64,000 nt of DNA. Source: Candidatus Aminicenantes bacterium. GTDB taxonomy: Bacteria; Acidobacteriota; Aminicenantia; Aminicenantales; Saccharicenantaceae. Below are positions 8,925 through 18,648 of this stretch, piece by piece. Location of the stretch: NCBI GenBank assembly GCA_963807525.1, contig CAWECI010000025.1:26062-90061 (forward strand), given 5' to 3'. Under the pieces are notes generated by a model that was not told the origin of the DNA, ran no database searches, and was given only the letters and a program-made list of their open reading frames with translations. How positions within the stretch are numbered: the first letter of the stretch is position 1; each line of letters begins with the position of its first letter. The position numbers and the translations under genes were made by a program.

Positions 8925-11006
8925 GTGAGATCCGCCCGGCTCTGGGCCATGGCCCTGCTTCTGGCCCTGGCCGCACCGCCGTCTTTCGGCCAGGCCAAGA
9001 CCGCCTTGCCCGAGCGCTTTAAAAAGTGGCTCGACGAGGAGGTCGTCTATATCATCACCCGGCATGAGCGGCAGGTCTTCCTCGAGCTCCGGACGGACCG
9101 GGAGCGCGACATCTTCATCGAGGCCTTCTGGAAGCACCGCGATCCGCTGCCGGAGACGCCGCGGAACGAGTTCGAGGAGGAATACCACCGCCGCGTGAGC
9201 TACGCCAACTCGACGTTCGGCCGGTCGACTCCGCTGCCGGGCTGGAGGACCGACCGCGGCCGCATCTATATCCTGCTCGGGGAGCCCAAGAACATCGAGT
9301 CCTACTCGAACGTCAACGGGGTCTATCCTGCGGAGATCTGGTTCTATCTGGGCGATGAATCGCTCGGCTTGCCCGCCGGCTTCAACGTCATCTTCTTCAA
9401 ACGTCACGGGACCGGCGACTACGTCCTTTACTCGCCGTCCGCGGACGGGCCGCAGGCCCTCATCGCCGATCCCTTGTCGGCCTACGATAGCCTGTCCTCC
9501 AGCCGCGCCATGACCGACGACCAGCGGGCTTACAGGGCCCTGCAGAATCTCGAGCCGAACCTGGCCCGCCAAAGCCTGAGCCTCGTCCCCAATGAAGGGA
9601 CCTCGGCCGGGATCGGGTCGCTGGCCTCCGACCGGCTCATCGCCAAGATCTTCGCGATCGCGGAGAAGGAAGTCCGGACCGACTACGCCGACGCCATCCT
9701 GAGATACAAGGATTCCGTCGAGGTCGAGTATACGGCCAACTATATCTCGAGCGACGTCCAGGTCCAGGTCATCCGCGACGCCGCGGGGGCGGGCTTCGTC
9801 CATTACACCATCGAGCCGGACAAGATCACGGCCGAGGAGATCGACGGGAAGTACGACATCCATTTCAAGCTGAACGGGCGGGTCTCGGACGCGGCGGGGA
9901 AAACGATCTACCAATTCGATAAGGACTTCCCCTTCGCCCTGAAGGCGTCTGAGCTCGAAGACTTGAAAGCGAAATCGCTCTCCATCCAGGACGTCTTTCC
10001 GCTCGTCCCCGGCACCTACAATTTCGACCTCCTCCTCAAGAACGTCCTGTCCAAAGAATTTACGGGGACGGCGAAAACCTTGGTCGTGCCCAGTCCCGGC
10101 GAGTCCGTCCGGATGGGTCCGCTTCTCTTGGCTTACGGCCTCCAGACCAAACCGGCCGCGGCCGGCGAACGCGTGCCCTTCAAGGTCGGCGATGATCAGC
10201 TGCTCTGTCAGGCCCGCAAGACGTTTGGGACCGGCGATTCCCTCGTCCTCTTCTTCCAGGTCTTTGGGATCACCGATGGCCTGAAGACCGCAGGCGCGAT
10301 CCGCACGGACTTCCTGAAAGAGGACAAGCCCTTTTTGTCGCGGACGGCGAAGGCCGCGACCGTGGGGCCCGCCGGCAGCATCTTGGACGTCCAGCCCCTC
10401 AAGGATTTCCCTCCCGGCTATTACCAGGTCAGAGTGACGCTCGTCGACGGGCAGGGGAACGAGGTCGCTGGCAGCAAGGAGAACTTCGAGGTCTCTCTCG
10501 CCCCGGCCGTGCCCCGCCCGCTCGTCGTCTCCAGCGTCACCAAGTCTCCCGGCGACGCGGACAGCCTCTACGCCACGGGTCTGCAGCTGCTCAACCGGGG
10601 CGACCTCGCGCCAGCTCGGGCCCGCCTGGCCGAGGCCCATGCCCAGGCGCCCGGACGGGCCGATGTGGCGATCTCGTTCGCCCAGGCCCTCTATCTGCTC
10701 AAGGAATATCAGCGAGTGAAGGACATCCTGGCGCCCTGGGCGGGCGAGGCGGCGCCGGCTCCTCAGGTCCCCGCCCTTCTCGGCCAGGCCTGCCACGCCC
10801 TAAGGCAATACGAGGAGGCGGCAAAGCACTACGCGTCCTATCTCACCCGGTTCGGCGCGAACATCGACATCCTGAACGATCTCGGGATGTGCCAGTATCA
10901 AATGGGGAACACCGCCGAAGCGCTCAAAGCCTGGACGAAATCGCTCGAGCTTAATCCGGACCAGGGCCAGGTCCGGTCGCTGGTCGAGTCCCTGAAGAAG
11001 AAGTGA
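8925..11006 (+). CDS. GWxTD-domain protein with C-terminal TPR repeats
   Basis: 693 aa; signal peptide; hallmark GWRTDRGRIYILLGEP (GWxTD domain); TPR-like C-terminus. Confidence 0.75.
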   Translation: MRSARLWAMALLLALAAPPSFGQAKTALPERFKKWLDEEVVYIITRHERQVFLELRTDRERDIFIEAFWKHRDPLPETPRNEFEEEYHRRVSYANSTFGRSTPLPGWRTDRGRIYILLGEPKNIESYSNVNGVYPAEIWFYLGDESLGLPAGFNVIFFKRHGTGDYVLYSPSADGPQALIADPLSAYDSLSSSRAMTDDQRAYRALQNLEPNLARQSLSLVPNEGTSAGIGSLASDRLIAKIFAIAEKEVRTDYADAILRYKDSVEVEYTANYISSDVQVQVIRDAAGAGFVHYTIEPDKITAEEIDGKYDIHFKLNGRVSDAAGKTIYQFDKDFPFALKASELEDLKAKSLSIQDVFPLVPGTYNFDLLLKNVLSKEFTGTAKTLVVPSPGESVRMGPLLLAYGLQTKPAAAGERVPFKVGDDQLLCQARKTFGTGDSLVLFFQVFGITDGLKTAGAIRTDFLKEDKPFLSRTAKAATVGPAGSILDVQPLKDFPPGYYQVRVTLVDGQGNEVAGSKENFEVSLAPAVPRPLVVSSVTKSPGDADSLYATGLQLLNRGDLAPARARLAEAHAQAPGRADVAISFAQALYLLKEYQRVKDILAPWAGEAAPAPQVPALLGQACHALRQYEEAAKHYASYLTRFGANIDILNDLGMCQYQMGNTAEALKAWTKSLELNPDQGQVRSLVESLKKK

Positions 11007-11084
11007 CCCCGGCCTCCCGCGCCCGCCGCGCTTGAAAATGGCCTCCAGCCGCGTTATCCTTGGAGGCCGCTCTGGCGGACAGTC

Positions 11085-13430
11085 ATGAAGCCCAAGATCG
11101 CGGTGCTCACCGTGGCGGCGCTCGCGTTCGCCGCCGGGCTGTGGTTCGTTCTCCATCCCGCGGGAGATCCGGCGCGGACGGTCGCCCGGCGCTGGTCGTC
11201 CCTCGGCGTCGAAAAGCCCAACATCATCCTCTTCTCTCTCGACACGACGAGGGCCGACCACCTCGGGTGCTACGGCTATGGCGAGGCCCAGACCCCGACC
11301 ATCGATGCTCTGGCCGCTCGCGGCGTCCTGTTCGAACAAGCGGCGACAGCCGTCCCGCTGACCCTTCCGGCGCATTGCACGATCATGACCGGCCTGTATC
11401 CGACCTACCATGGGGTCCGGCTCAACGGGAACACCGCGCTCGGGGACGAGCAGACGACCCTGGCGGAGATCTTCGCCGCCCGCGGGTATCAGACGGGAGC
11501 CTTCATCGGGGCCTTTGTCCTCGACGGGCGATGGGGATTGAAGCAGGGCTTCCAGCATTACGACGACCGGTTCGACCTGAAGAAGTACAAACATCTCGAC
11601 CTGGGCGCGATCCAGAGACCCGGCGATCAAGTCATGGATGCCGCGCTGGCCTGGCTCGGGGAGCACCGCCGGGACCCGTTCTTTGCCTGGATCCATCTCT
11701 ACGATCCCCATATCCCCTATGAGCCGCCAGAGCCCTATGCCAGCGAATTCCGCGGGCGCGGGCTCACGGGCCTCTATGACGGCGAGATCGCGTTCATGGA
11801 TGCGCAGATCGGCCGGTGCGTGGCCTGGCTGGCGGCGAACGGCCTGGCCAAGACCACGGTCCTCCTCCTCATCGGCGACCACGGGGAGGGGCTGGGAAGC
11901 CATGGCGAGGCCACACACGGGTTCTTCATCTATGACTCCGTCGTCCACGTGCCGTTCCTCATCGTCACGCCTTTCCCCGAACTTCAAGGCCGCCGCGTGG
12001 CCGCCCAAGTCAGCTCGGTCGACGTGGCCCCGACCCTTTTAGATCTCGCCCGGCTCCCGGCCTTGCCTCAGATGCAAGGACGTTCCCTTCTGCCCGCGAT
12101 GTTGCGGCCGGGGAAGGGACGGGAGGGCCAGGCCTATTCGGAATCCCTGGTGCCGGACCTCCAGTTCGGCTGGAGCCCCCTGCATTCCCTGCGGACGGCA
12201 GGGTTCCAATTCATCGATGCCCCCAGGCCAGAGCTTTATGACATTCACCGGGACCCGGACGAAGGGACGGATCTTTCCCCGCGGCGGGCCGATCTCGCCC
12301 GGACGATGAAGAGCGAGCTGGACCGCCTCATGGAGGAGACAAGCCGGGACGCCCCGAAGCCGCAGGCGGCGAATCTGGACAAAGAGACGATGGAGCGATT
12401 GTCGGCCCTGGGATACATCGGCGCGCCCGTCGGCCGTAGGAGCCGGTCCGGGGACCGCTCCAAGCCACTCGCCGATCCCAAGGACAAGCTGGCGATCTTC
12501 GAGGCCGTGACCCAGGCCGGCGCGATGATCATGACCGAGCAGTATGACGCCGCGGCGGGCCTCCTCGAAACCGCTCTCAAAGACGATCCGACGATCACCC
12601 AGGGCCTGCTCCTCCTCGCGACCTGCGATGTCCACCGGGGACGGCGGGACGAGGCCAAGGCCCATCTCGACTTCATCCTCCGGGAGGATCCCGAGAACAT
12701 CCAGGCCCTCATCGCCTTGGCCGATATCCTGGTCGGGGACGGGAAGAGCGAGGATGCCATCGCCCTCTGCCGGCGAACCCTTTCCGTCGACGAGAACAAC
12801 GTCGAAGCATACATGCTGATCGGCGAGACCTATGCCGGTCAGGACGACCATGTCCACGCCCTTCCTTATCTGGAAAAGGCGGTCGAGCTCCAGCCGAAGC
12901 TGACCCGCAACCGCTTCAACCTGGCGGCCAGCCTGATAGGGGTCAAGCAGTTCGACCGGGCCGAGGCCCTCCTGAAGGACATCATCCGGGAAGCTCCGAG
13001 ATTCCCCCGCGCCAACTACGATCTCGGGCTGCTCTGCGAAGAGCAGGGCCGGCTCGAAGAGGCCCGGGCCGCCTACACCCAAGAGCTGTCCCTATTCCCC
13101 CAGGAATTCCAGGCCCGGTTCAACCTGGGCAAGGTCCTGCTTCGGCTCGGCGACCGTTCCGGATACATGGACTGCATGCGTAAGGTCGTCGAGGTGGCTC
13201 CCCGGCGAGCCGAAGGATACCTGTTTCTTGCCCGGGGCCTCCTCCTCGAGCCGGGGCCGCTCGACGGAATTAGGGACCTCATCGAAAAAGGTCTTTCGTT
13301 CGCCCAGACGTCCGAGCTCAAGGCCTTCGGCTTTTTTCTCCTCGCTGACGTCTATAACCGAAGCGGGGAGCCGGGCAAGATGAACGACGCCTTGAGGAAA
13401 GCCAACGCCTACAGGTCCAAGAAGGAGTAA
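11085..13430 (+). CDS. membrane-anchored sulfatase-like (alkaline phosphatase superfamily) hydrolase fused to TPR repeats
   Basis: 781 aa; N-terminal TM; FSLDTTRADHLGCYGY, LLLIGDHGEGLGSHGE sulfatase-like motifs; long TPR tail. Confidence 0.7.
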   Translation: MKPKIAVLTVAALAFAAGLWFVLHPAGDPARTVARRWSSLGVEKPNIILFSLDTTRADHLGCYGYGEAQTPTIDALAARGVLFEQAATAVPLTLPAHCTIMTGLYPTYHGVRLNGNTALGDEQTTLAEIFAARGYQTGAFIGAFVLDGRWGLKQGFQHYDDRFDLKKYKHLDLGAIQRPGDQVMDAALAWLGEHRRDPFFAWIHLYDPHIPYEPPEPYASEFRGRGLTGLYDGEIAFMDAQIGRCVAWLAANGLAKTTVLLLIGDHGEGLGSHGEATHGFFIYDSVVHVPFLIVTPFPELQGRRVAAQVSSVDVAPTLLDLARLPALPQMQGRSLLPAMLRPGKGREGQAYSESLVPDLQFGWSPLHSLRTAGFQFIDAPRPELYDIHRDPDEGTDLSPRRADLARTMKSELDRLMEETSRDAPKPQAANLDKETMERLSALGYIGAPVGRRSRSGDRSKPLADPKDKLAIFEAVTQAGAMIMTEQYDAAAGLLETALKDDPTITQGLLLLATCDVHRGRRDEAKAHLDFILREDPENIQALIALADILVGDGKSEDAIALCRRTLSVDENNVEAYMLIGETYAGQDDHVHALPYLEKAVELQPKLTRNRFNLAASLIGVKQFDRAEALLKDIIREAPRFPRANYDLGLLCEEQGRLEEARAAYTQELSLFPQEFQARFNLGKVLLRLGDRSGYMDCMRKVVEVAPRRAEGYLFLARGLLLEPGPLDGIRDLIEKGLSFAQTSELKAFGFFLLADVYNRSGEPGKMNDALRKANAYRSKKE

Positions 13431-13433
13431 CCC

Positions 13434-14396
13434 ATGAACGACCGGATCCGTCGATGGCGGAGCGTCCTTGTCCTTCTCCCGGTCCTTGTCGTCGTGGGTC
13501 GGGGCTTCGGCCAGTACCGTGAATATTACGTCACCGGCAAGGTCCTGGACACGCAGAAGGCGCCCCTCGAAGGGGTGGAGGTCACCCTCGTCGACGTCCA
13601 GACGAACCTGAACTTCACCGAGAGGACGAAAAAGGACGGCGCCTTCAAGTTCGCCGGCCTGTCGCACGGGCGCTACCGGGTCGTCTTCAAGAAAGCCGGG
13701 TTCGCCGAGAAGAAGGACGAATGGAATTTCGAACGGCCTCAGGAGCGGATGGTGAGATTCGAGGTCCCGCCCGTCATCCTCGCCACCCAGGAATTCGCTC
13801 TGGAGTCCGCGCGCCTGAAAGAGGCGGCCGCGGGCGACAAGGAAGCGGCCGAGAAGGTCCGGCAAGGCGATTATGACGCCGCGATCGTTAAACTGGAAGC
13901 GATCCTCGAAAAGAGCCCCAAGGACACCAACGCGCTCTATCTCCTGGGGTTGGCCCATCTCAAGAAAAAGGAGTTCGCCGCGGCGCTGCCGCCGCTCCTC
14001 CAGGTCGTCGAATTGACCCCGGCCTTCCCGGCGGCCCATTATTATCTCGGCGTCTGCTATCAGCAGCAGAACGAGCCGGAGAAGGCCCTCGAAAGCTACC
14101 GGAAAGCCTCCGAGCTCGATCCCTCCAATCCCGACAACCTCTATGATACGGGCCTGGTCCTTTTCGGCCTGAACCGGATCGACGAGGCGCTGGCCTCCTT
14201 TGCCAAGACGCTGGCCCTGAAGCCGGACGATCCGGCCGCCCTCGAAATGATGGGCCGGTGCTACATCAATCAAGCCAATTTCCCCAAGGCCGCCGAGTAC
14301 CTGGAAAAAGCCAAAGCCGGATACGCCGCCGACCCCGAAAAGGTCAAGTTCCTGGACGATCTCATAGCCCGTGTGAAGGAGCAGATCAAGAAGTAA
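13434..14396 (+). CDS. CarboxypepD_reg-like domain protein with TPR repeats
   Basis: 320 aa; 4-nt gap to upstream gene; YYVTGKVLDT...GRYRVVFKKAGF beta-sandwich motif; TPR repeats. Confidence 0.6.
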   Translation: MNDRIRRWRSVLVLLPVLVVVGRGFGQYREYYVTGKVLDTQKAPLEGVEVTLVDVQTNLNFTERTKKDGAFKFAGLSHGRYRVVFKKAGFAEKKDEWNFERPQERMVRFEVPPVILATQEFALESARLKEAAAGDKEAAEKVRQGDYDAAIVKLEAILEKSPKDTNALYLLGLAHLKKKEFAAALPPLLQVVELTPAFPAAHYYLGVCYQQQNEPEKALESYRKASELDPSNPDNLYDTGLVLFGLNRIDEALASFAKTLALKPDDPAALEMMGRCYINQANFPKAAEYLEKAKAGYAADPEKVKFLDDLIARVKEQIKK

Positions 14397-14490
14397 AGAG
14401 GCTTGACAAAGGGGGCCGACTTAAAGAAAAATCAGAGCCAGAGTTTTCGCGGATCGGCGCGATCGAGGGTTCACCTCGGGAGGAGGAAAA

Positions 14491-17400
14491 ATGGAACGGC
14501 TCAAGAAGATCCTAGCTCTGTCATTTGTCCTGATCTTCGGTCTCGCGGGCCTGACCGTGACTGCGGCCCGGGCCCAGTCCGTCCTCGAGGGGAAGATTCT
14601 GGGCACGATCACCGATGATCAGGGCGAAGCCCTGCCCGGCGTGTCCGTCCAGATCGAGGGTCCGAAACTCATGGGCAAGAAGACCGCCGTCACCACGGCC
14701 AAAGGGGCGTTCGTGTTCCTGGCCATGCCGGCCGGGACCTATTCGATCACGGCCAGCCTGCCCGGTTTCAAGACCATGAAGGAGGACCATGTCATCCTGC
14801 CGGTCGGGACGACGATCACGGTCAACCTCGTCCTGCCGGCCGGGAAGATCGAGGAAACGGTGACCGTCACCGTCGCGTCCCCCGTGATCGATGTCAAGAC
14901 CTCCACGATCGACTCCAAGATCAACCAGGACATGCTGGCCAAGCTGCCTACGAGCCGCGATTCGTGGTACGACCTGTCCCTCACGACTCCGGGCATGTTC
15001 GACACGGGCGCGGCCATGCAGTCGAGTCCCACGGCCTACGGGGAATCGGGGCAGGGGAACATCTTCCTGGTCAACGGCGTCGATACGACCAACCCGTCCG
15101 GCGCGGGCTTCGGCTCCATGATCAACGTCAACTACAACACCATCCAGGAGGTCCGGGTCATCTCCCTGGGTTCCAAGGCGGAATTCGGGAACTTCTCGGG
15201 CGCGGCCATCGACGTCGTGACCAAATCGGGGTCCAACACCCTCTCGGGTTCCCTGAGCCTGTACAGCCAGGTGGGCGTCCCGAAGACCGGGGTTCCGTCC
15301 GCCAACAGTCTAGGGCGCGATTGGCTGTTCGTGGCCCCAGGAACGACGTTCGATTTCTACCCGAAGCGGGACTGGGAGCTGGACCTGACGTTGGGCGGCC
15401 CCGTGATCAAGGACAAGCTCTGGTTCTTCGCGGCCGGGAACCTCCTCGGCAACAAGGAGAAGCTGTTGAATTGGACGCCGCTGTCCCACTGGAACGGGCG
15501 CTACGCCGACATCAAGATCTCAGCCAATCCGTTGAAGAACCATCGGGCCTGGGTCGCCTACCACTACGAGGACAACAACAGCGGCGGCACGACCGACGGG
15601 ACCCTCAATTGGGACCAGAGCATGGAATACGACAACAAGACCAAGAGCCAGTCCCTCTCTGCCCAGTGGCAATGGTTCCCCTCGACCACGACGTTCCTGT
15701 CGGCGAAATTCCTCGGCTTCATGGTCGATGGCCGGCCCGCGCTCCCGAGCGGACACGCGACCTTTCCGGGACTGATCAATTGGTGGAAGGCCCTGCCGAC
15801 CGACGGCGCGGCCGGCGGCGCTTTCGAAGCCTTCTATGGGAACGTCTCGAGCCGGTCCACGATCCAAGCGGACCTGTCCCATTACGCCGAGAATTTCCTG
15901 GGCGAGCATGACATCAAGTTCGGGGTCCAGTACACCCGCGGCCGCAAGAACGACCTCATTGGGAATTTCTTCTCCAAGAACCTGACCAACCCGGACACGA
16001 GCGAGGACCTGGGCCTCATGGGCTATTACCAGTTCGGCTACATCGCCGGCTACACGTATTCCAGCATCGACGCGCAGAACTATTATTATGGCATCGCCGG
16101 CCAGGACGGCCTGGTCATGAATGTCAATACGTATTACGCGGCCCCGCGGAAGACTGTCCGCACGGCCGACTCCGTAGGGTTCTTTTTTGACGACCAATGG
16201 ACCCCCACCAAGCGCCTGACCTTCAACATCGGCGTGCGGTACGACCTCATGACCGCCAAGTTCGGCCAGGGCGCGATCTACCTACAGCCCTCGACGCCCG
16301 AGGGCTTCGCCGGCTCGCTCGACATTGTCCGGACCCGCCAGGGTTCGGGGAACCTGTTCGACTTCAAGTGCTTCTCGCCGCGGTTGGGCCTGACCTACCA
16401 ATTGACCAAGGACGGGAAGACAGCCCTGCGGGCCAGCTACGGCAGGTATTACACGCCGCTCGGCGTCGAGAGCTTCGGGTCCGGCGGTCCCGACCAAGAC
16501 CGGACCTATAGCACCACCCAGTACTACCTCATCCCCTGGGATGACCTGGACGCGAATGGGGACGGCGTTCTCTTCGATGCGGAGACCATGAACGCCACGC
16601 GCTACCTGCTGAATGGCATCCAGGACGGGACGCTGACGCCGATCAACGCCGTCGTGACCTCCAATTCAGGCGGCGAGCTGGACTATCGCAATACCTTCGC
16701 GATCTACGATCCCACTTTGAATCCTTGGTCGCTGAAGGTCAGTCCCGGCCTGAAAAACCAGCACACCGATCAGTTCACGATCAGCCTGGAGCGCGAGATC
16801 TTCCCCAATTTCTCCTTGGCCCTGACGTACATCAACCGGGACACGAGGGACATGATCGTGGAGTGGCCGATCAATAAGGTCACCGGCCAGCCTTGGGACT
16901 ACGAACCGAAGACGGAGGTCGTCAACGGCCAGACGGTCACCCTCTGGAGCATCATCCTCGATGACTACAACGGGGACGGGGTCATCACCAACGGGCAAGG
17001 CGGCGATATCCAATGGGTCGGCCAGAACCATGACATCGTCTGGATGAACCTTCCGGCCTGGGATGGCCATAAGCCCCGGCGCCTGTTCCAGGGCCTGCAG
17101 CTGACCTTCTCCAAGCGCTACTCCGACCGCTGGCAGCTGTTTGGATCGCTCCTCTGGAATCATTCGAGCGGCCCGGCGGGCCGCAATAAGCGCCAGGACG
17201 AGGACTATAACCTCGAAGGCAGCAACATCTGGAGCGATCACTGGGTCGCCGGGGTCAACCAGCTGGTCAACAACATGATCGGCCCCCTGCCCTTCACCCC
17301 GCGTTTCGAATTCAAGATCAACGGCAACTACACCATCCCCGGGATCGAGCTCGATGTGGCCCTGCGCTTCCGTTTGCACACGGGCCGTCCGGTTTGGGTC

Positions 17401-17742
17401 CTCACGCAGATCCCGGACTTGATCACCACGCTGACCGATCTCGACGATACGGAGGCTTTGGCCCACGCCGTGCTGACCACGGGCGGGAACCAGATCATCG
17501 CCCAGGATCCCACCAAGCCGCTCTATATGCCGGCCCTGAAGATCCTCGACCTGCGCCTCGAGAAGAGTTTCCGGCTGGGCCGGGTGAAGACGTCTTTCAT
17601 TTTAGACGTCTTCAATCTCTTCAATTCCCAAGACGTGACCAACGCTTATACCAAGTTCGTCGAAGGAGTCGACCAAGTCGGCCAGATCACTGGCATCGTG
17701 GCTCCCCGCAAGTATCGGGCGGGCCTCGAGTTCACGTTCTAA
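14491..17742 (+). CDS. TonB-dependent receptor-like outer-membrane protein with N-terminal CarboxypepD_reg domain
   Basis: 1083 aa; AGGAGG 5 nt upstream; signal peptide; CarboxypepD_reg N-term; plug-like region; C-terminal ...GLEFTF (terminal Phe of beta-barrel OMPs). Confidence 0.75.
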   Translation: MERLKKILALSFVLIFGLAGLTVTAARAQSVLEGKILGTITDDQGEALPGVSVQIEGPKLMGKKTAVTTAKGAFVFLAMPAGTYSITASLPGFKTMKEDHVILPVGTTITVNLVLPAGKIEETVTVTVASPVIDVKTSTIDSKINQDMLAKLPTSRDSWYDLSLTTPGMFDTGAAMQSSPTAYGESGQGNIFLVNGVDTTNPSGAGFGSMINVNYNTIQEVRVISLGSKAEFGNFSGAAIDVVTKSGSNTLSGSLSLYSQVGVPKTGVPSANSLGRDWLFVAPGTTFDFYPKRDWELDLTLGGPVIKDKLWFFAAGNLLGNKEKLLNWTPLSHWNGRYADIKISANPLKNHRAWVAYHYEDNNSGGTTDGTLNWDQSMEYDNKTKSQSLSAQWQWFPSTTTFLSAKFLGFMVDGRPALPSGHATFPGLINWWKALPTDGAAGGAFEAFYGNVSSRSTIQADLSHYAENFLGEHDIKFGVQYTRGRKNDLIGNFFSKNLTNPDTSEDLGLMGYYQFGYIAGYTYSSIDAQNYYYGIAGQDGLVMNVNTYYAAPRKTVRTADSVGFFFDDQWTPTKRLTFNIGVRYDLMTAKFGQGAIYLQPSTPEGFAGSLDIVRTRQGSGNLFDFKCFSPRLGLTYQLTKDGKTALRASYGRYYTPLGVESFGSGGPDQDRTYSTTQYYLIPWDDLDANGDGVLFDAETMNATRYLLNGIQDGTLTPINAVVTSNSGGELDYRNTFAIYDPTLNPWSLKVSPGLKNQHTDQFTISLEREIFPNFSLALTYINRDTRDMIVEWPINKVTGQPWDYEPKTEVVNGQTVTLWSIILDDYNGDGVITNGQGGDIQWVGQNHDIVWMNLPAWDGHKPRRLFQGLQLTFSKRYSDRWQLFGSLLWNHSSGPAGRNKRQDEDYNLEGSNIWSDHWVAGVNQLVNNMIGPLPFTPRFEFKINGNYTIPGIELDVALRFRLHTGRPVWVLTQIPDLITTLTDLDDTEALAHAVLTTGGNQIIAQDPTKPLYMPALKILDLRLEKSFRLGRVKTSFILDVFNLFNSQDVTNAYTKFVEGVDQVGQITGIVAPRKYRAGLEFTF

Positions 17743-17763
17743 GCAGAGTGAGAACTTTTGAGA

Positions 17764-17797
17764 GGGGAGTGCCCCGCACTCCCCCCGGTTCTTTTCA
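17764..17797. terminator. bidirectional rho-independent terminator between convergent TBDR and deacetylase genes
   Basis: GGGGAGTGC-ccc-GCACTCCCC 9-bp stem followed by CCGGTTCTTTTC. Confidence 0.65.
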
Positions 17798-17818
17798 GCC
17801 CGGAGCGCTAAGAGGGAG

Positions 17819-18648
17819 TTAAATCGAGCCCAGCATCTTGTCGATGCGGACGAACTCGTAACCCCTTTTCTTGAGTTCGTCGATCAAGTCGCCCAGCCTC
17901 AAATAGAATTTATCGGTGCGGGCGGGGTCCGTCCCGATGTGGATGAGCAGGATGAAGCCGTCGAGGCCGTGGGGGTCCTTCTTCTCGTAGGCCAGGACGC
18001 GGTCGTAGATCGCCTGCGACGCGAGGTATTCCGGCATGTCGGGGGTCGTATAGTCGGCGTTCGACGATGTGCCCGGGGTGAAATTGAAGAGGACGAGATC
18101 GAGCTCCCGGGCCCAGGCGGCGATCGTCCGGTTGTACCATTCGTACGGCGGGATGAAGAGGTGGCCCTTCTCGCGGGCGATGCCGAACCGGCCCATCTCG
18201 CGGAAATTGGCCTCGAGGTCGGCCCGGAATTCCGCTTGCGTGACGAGCGTCTTGTCCCGGTCGTCCCAGGGGCAATAGAGCAGGTGCTTGTCGGAGTGAG
18301 GCCCCAGATAATGGCCGTCGGCGGCGAGGCCCCGGATGAGACCTTCGAATTCGGGGGCCCGATAGAAATCCCCGGTGAAGAAAAAGCCCGCCTTGACGGC
18401 CCTGTCGCGGAGGACCTTGCGGATGGACTCGCCGCCCTCCCCGAACGACCCGCCGGTGAAGATCAAGGCCAGGCGCCGGACCGATGCGTCGCCGCGGATA
18501 ATGCCGTCGTGGTCCTTGGCGAAGGCGCCCGGCCCCGGGCGGCCCGGCAGGACGGCGCGGCGAGAACGGCCGCCGCCAGCGCCAGGGCCAGGGCGATCGG
18601 CCGGGAACCGGCCGCGGCGCCGCCCCGGCGCTTTCGGACGGACGTCAT
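17819..18648 (-). pseudogene. polysaccharide deacetylase (CE4/NodB-like) with apparent -1/+1 frameshift between signal peptide and catalytic domain
   Basis: signal peptide ORF 18648..18463 (MTSVRKRRGG...ALALALAAAVLA) is in a different frame from the catalytic body 18466..17819; body frame reads open upstream (…PGPGAFAKDHDGIIRGDASVRRLALIFTGG) without a start codon; shift lies in GC homopolymer run ~18540-18560. Confidence 0.5.
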
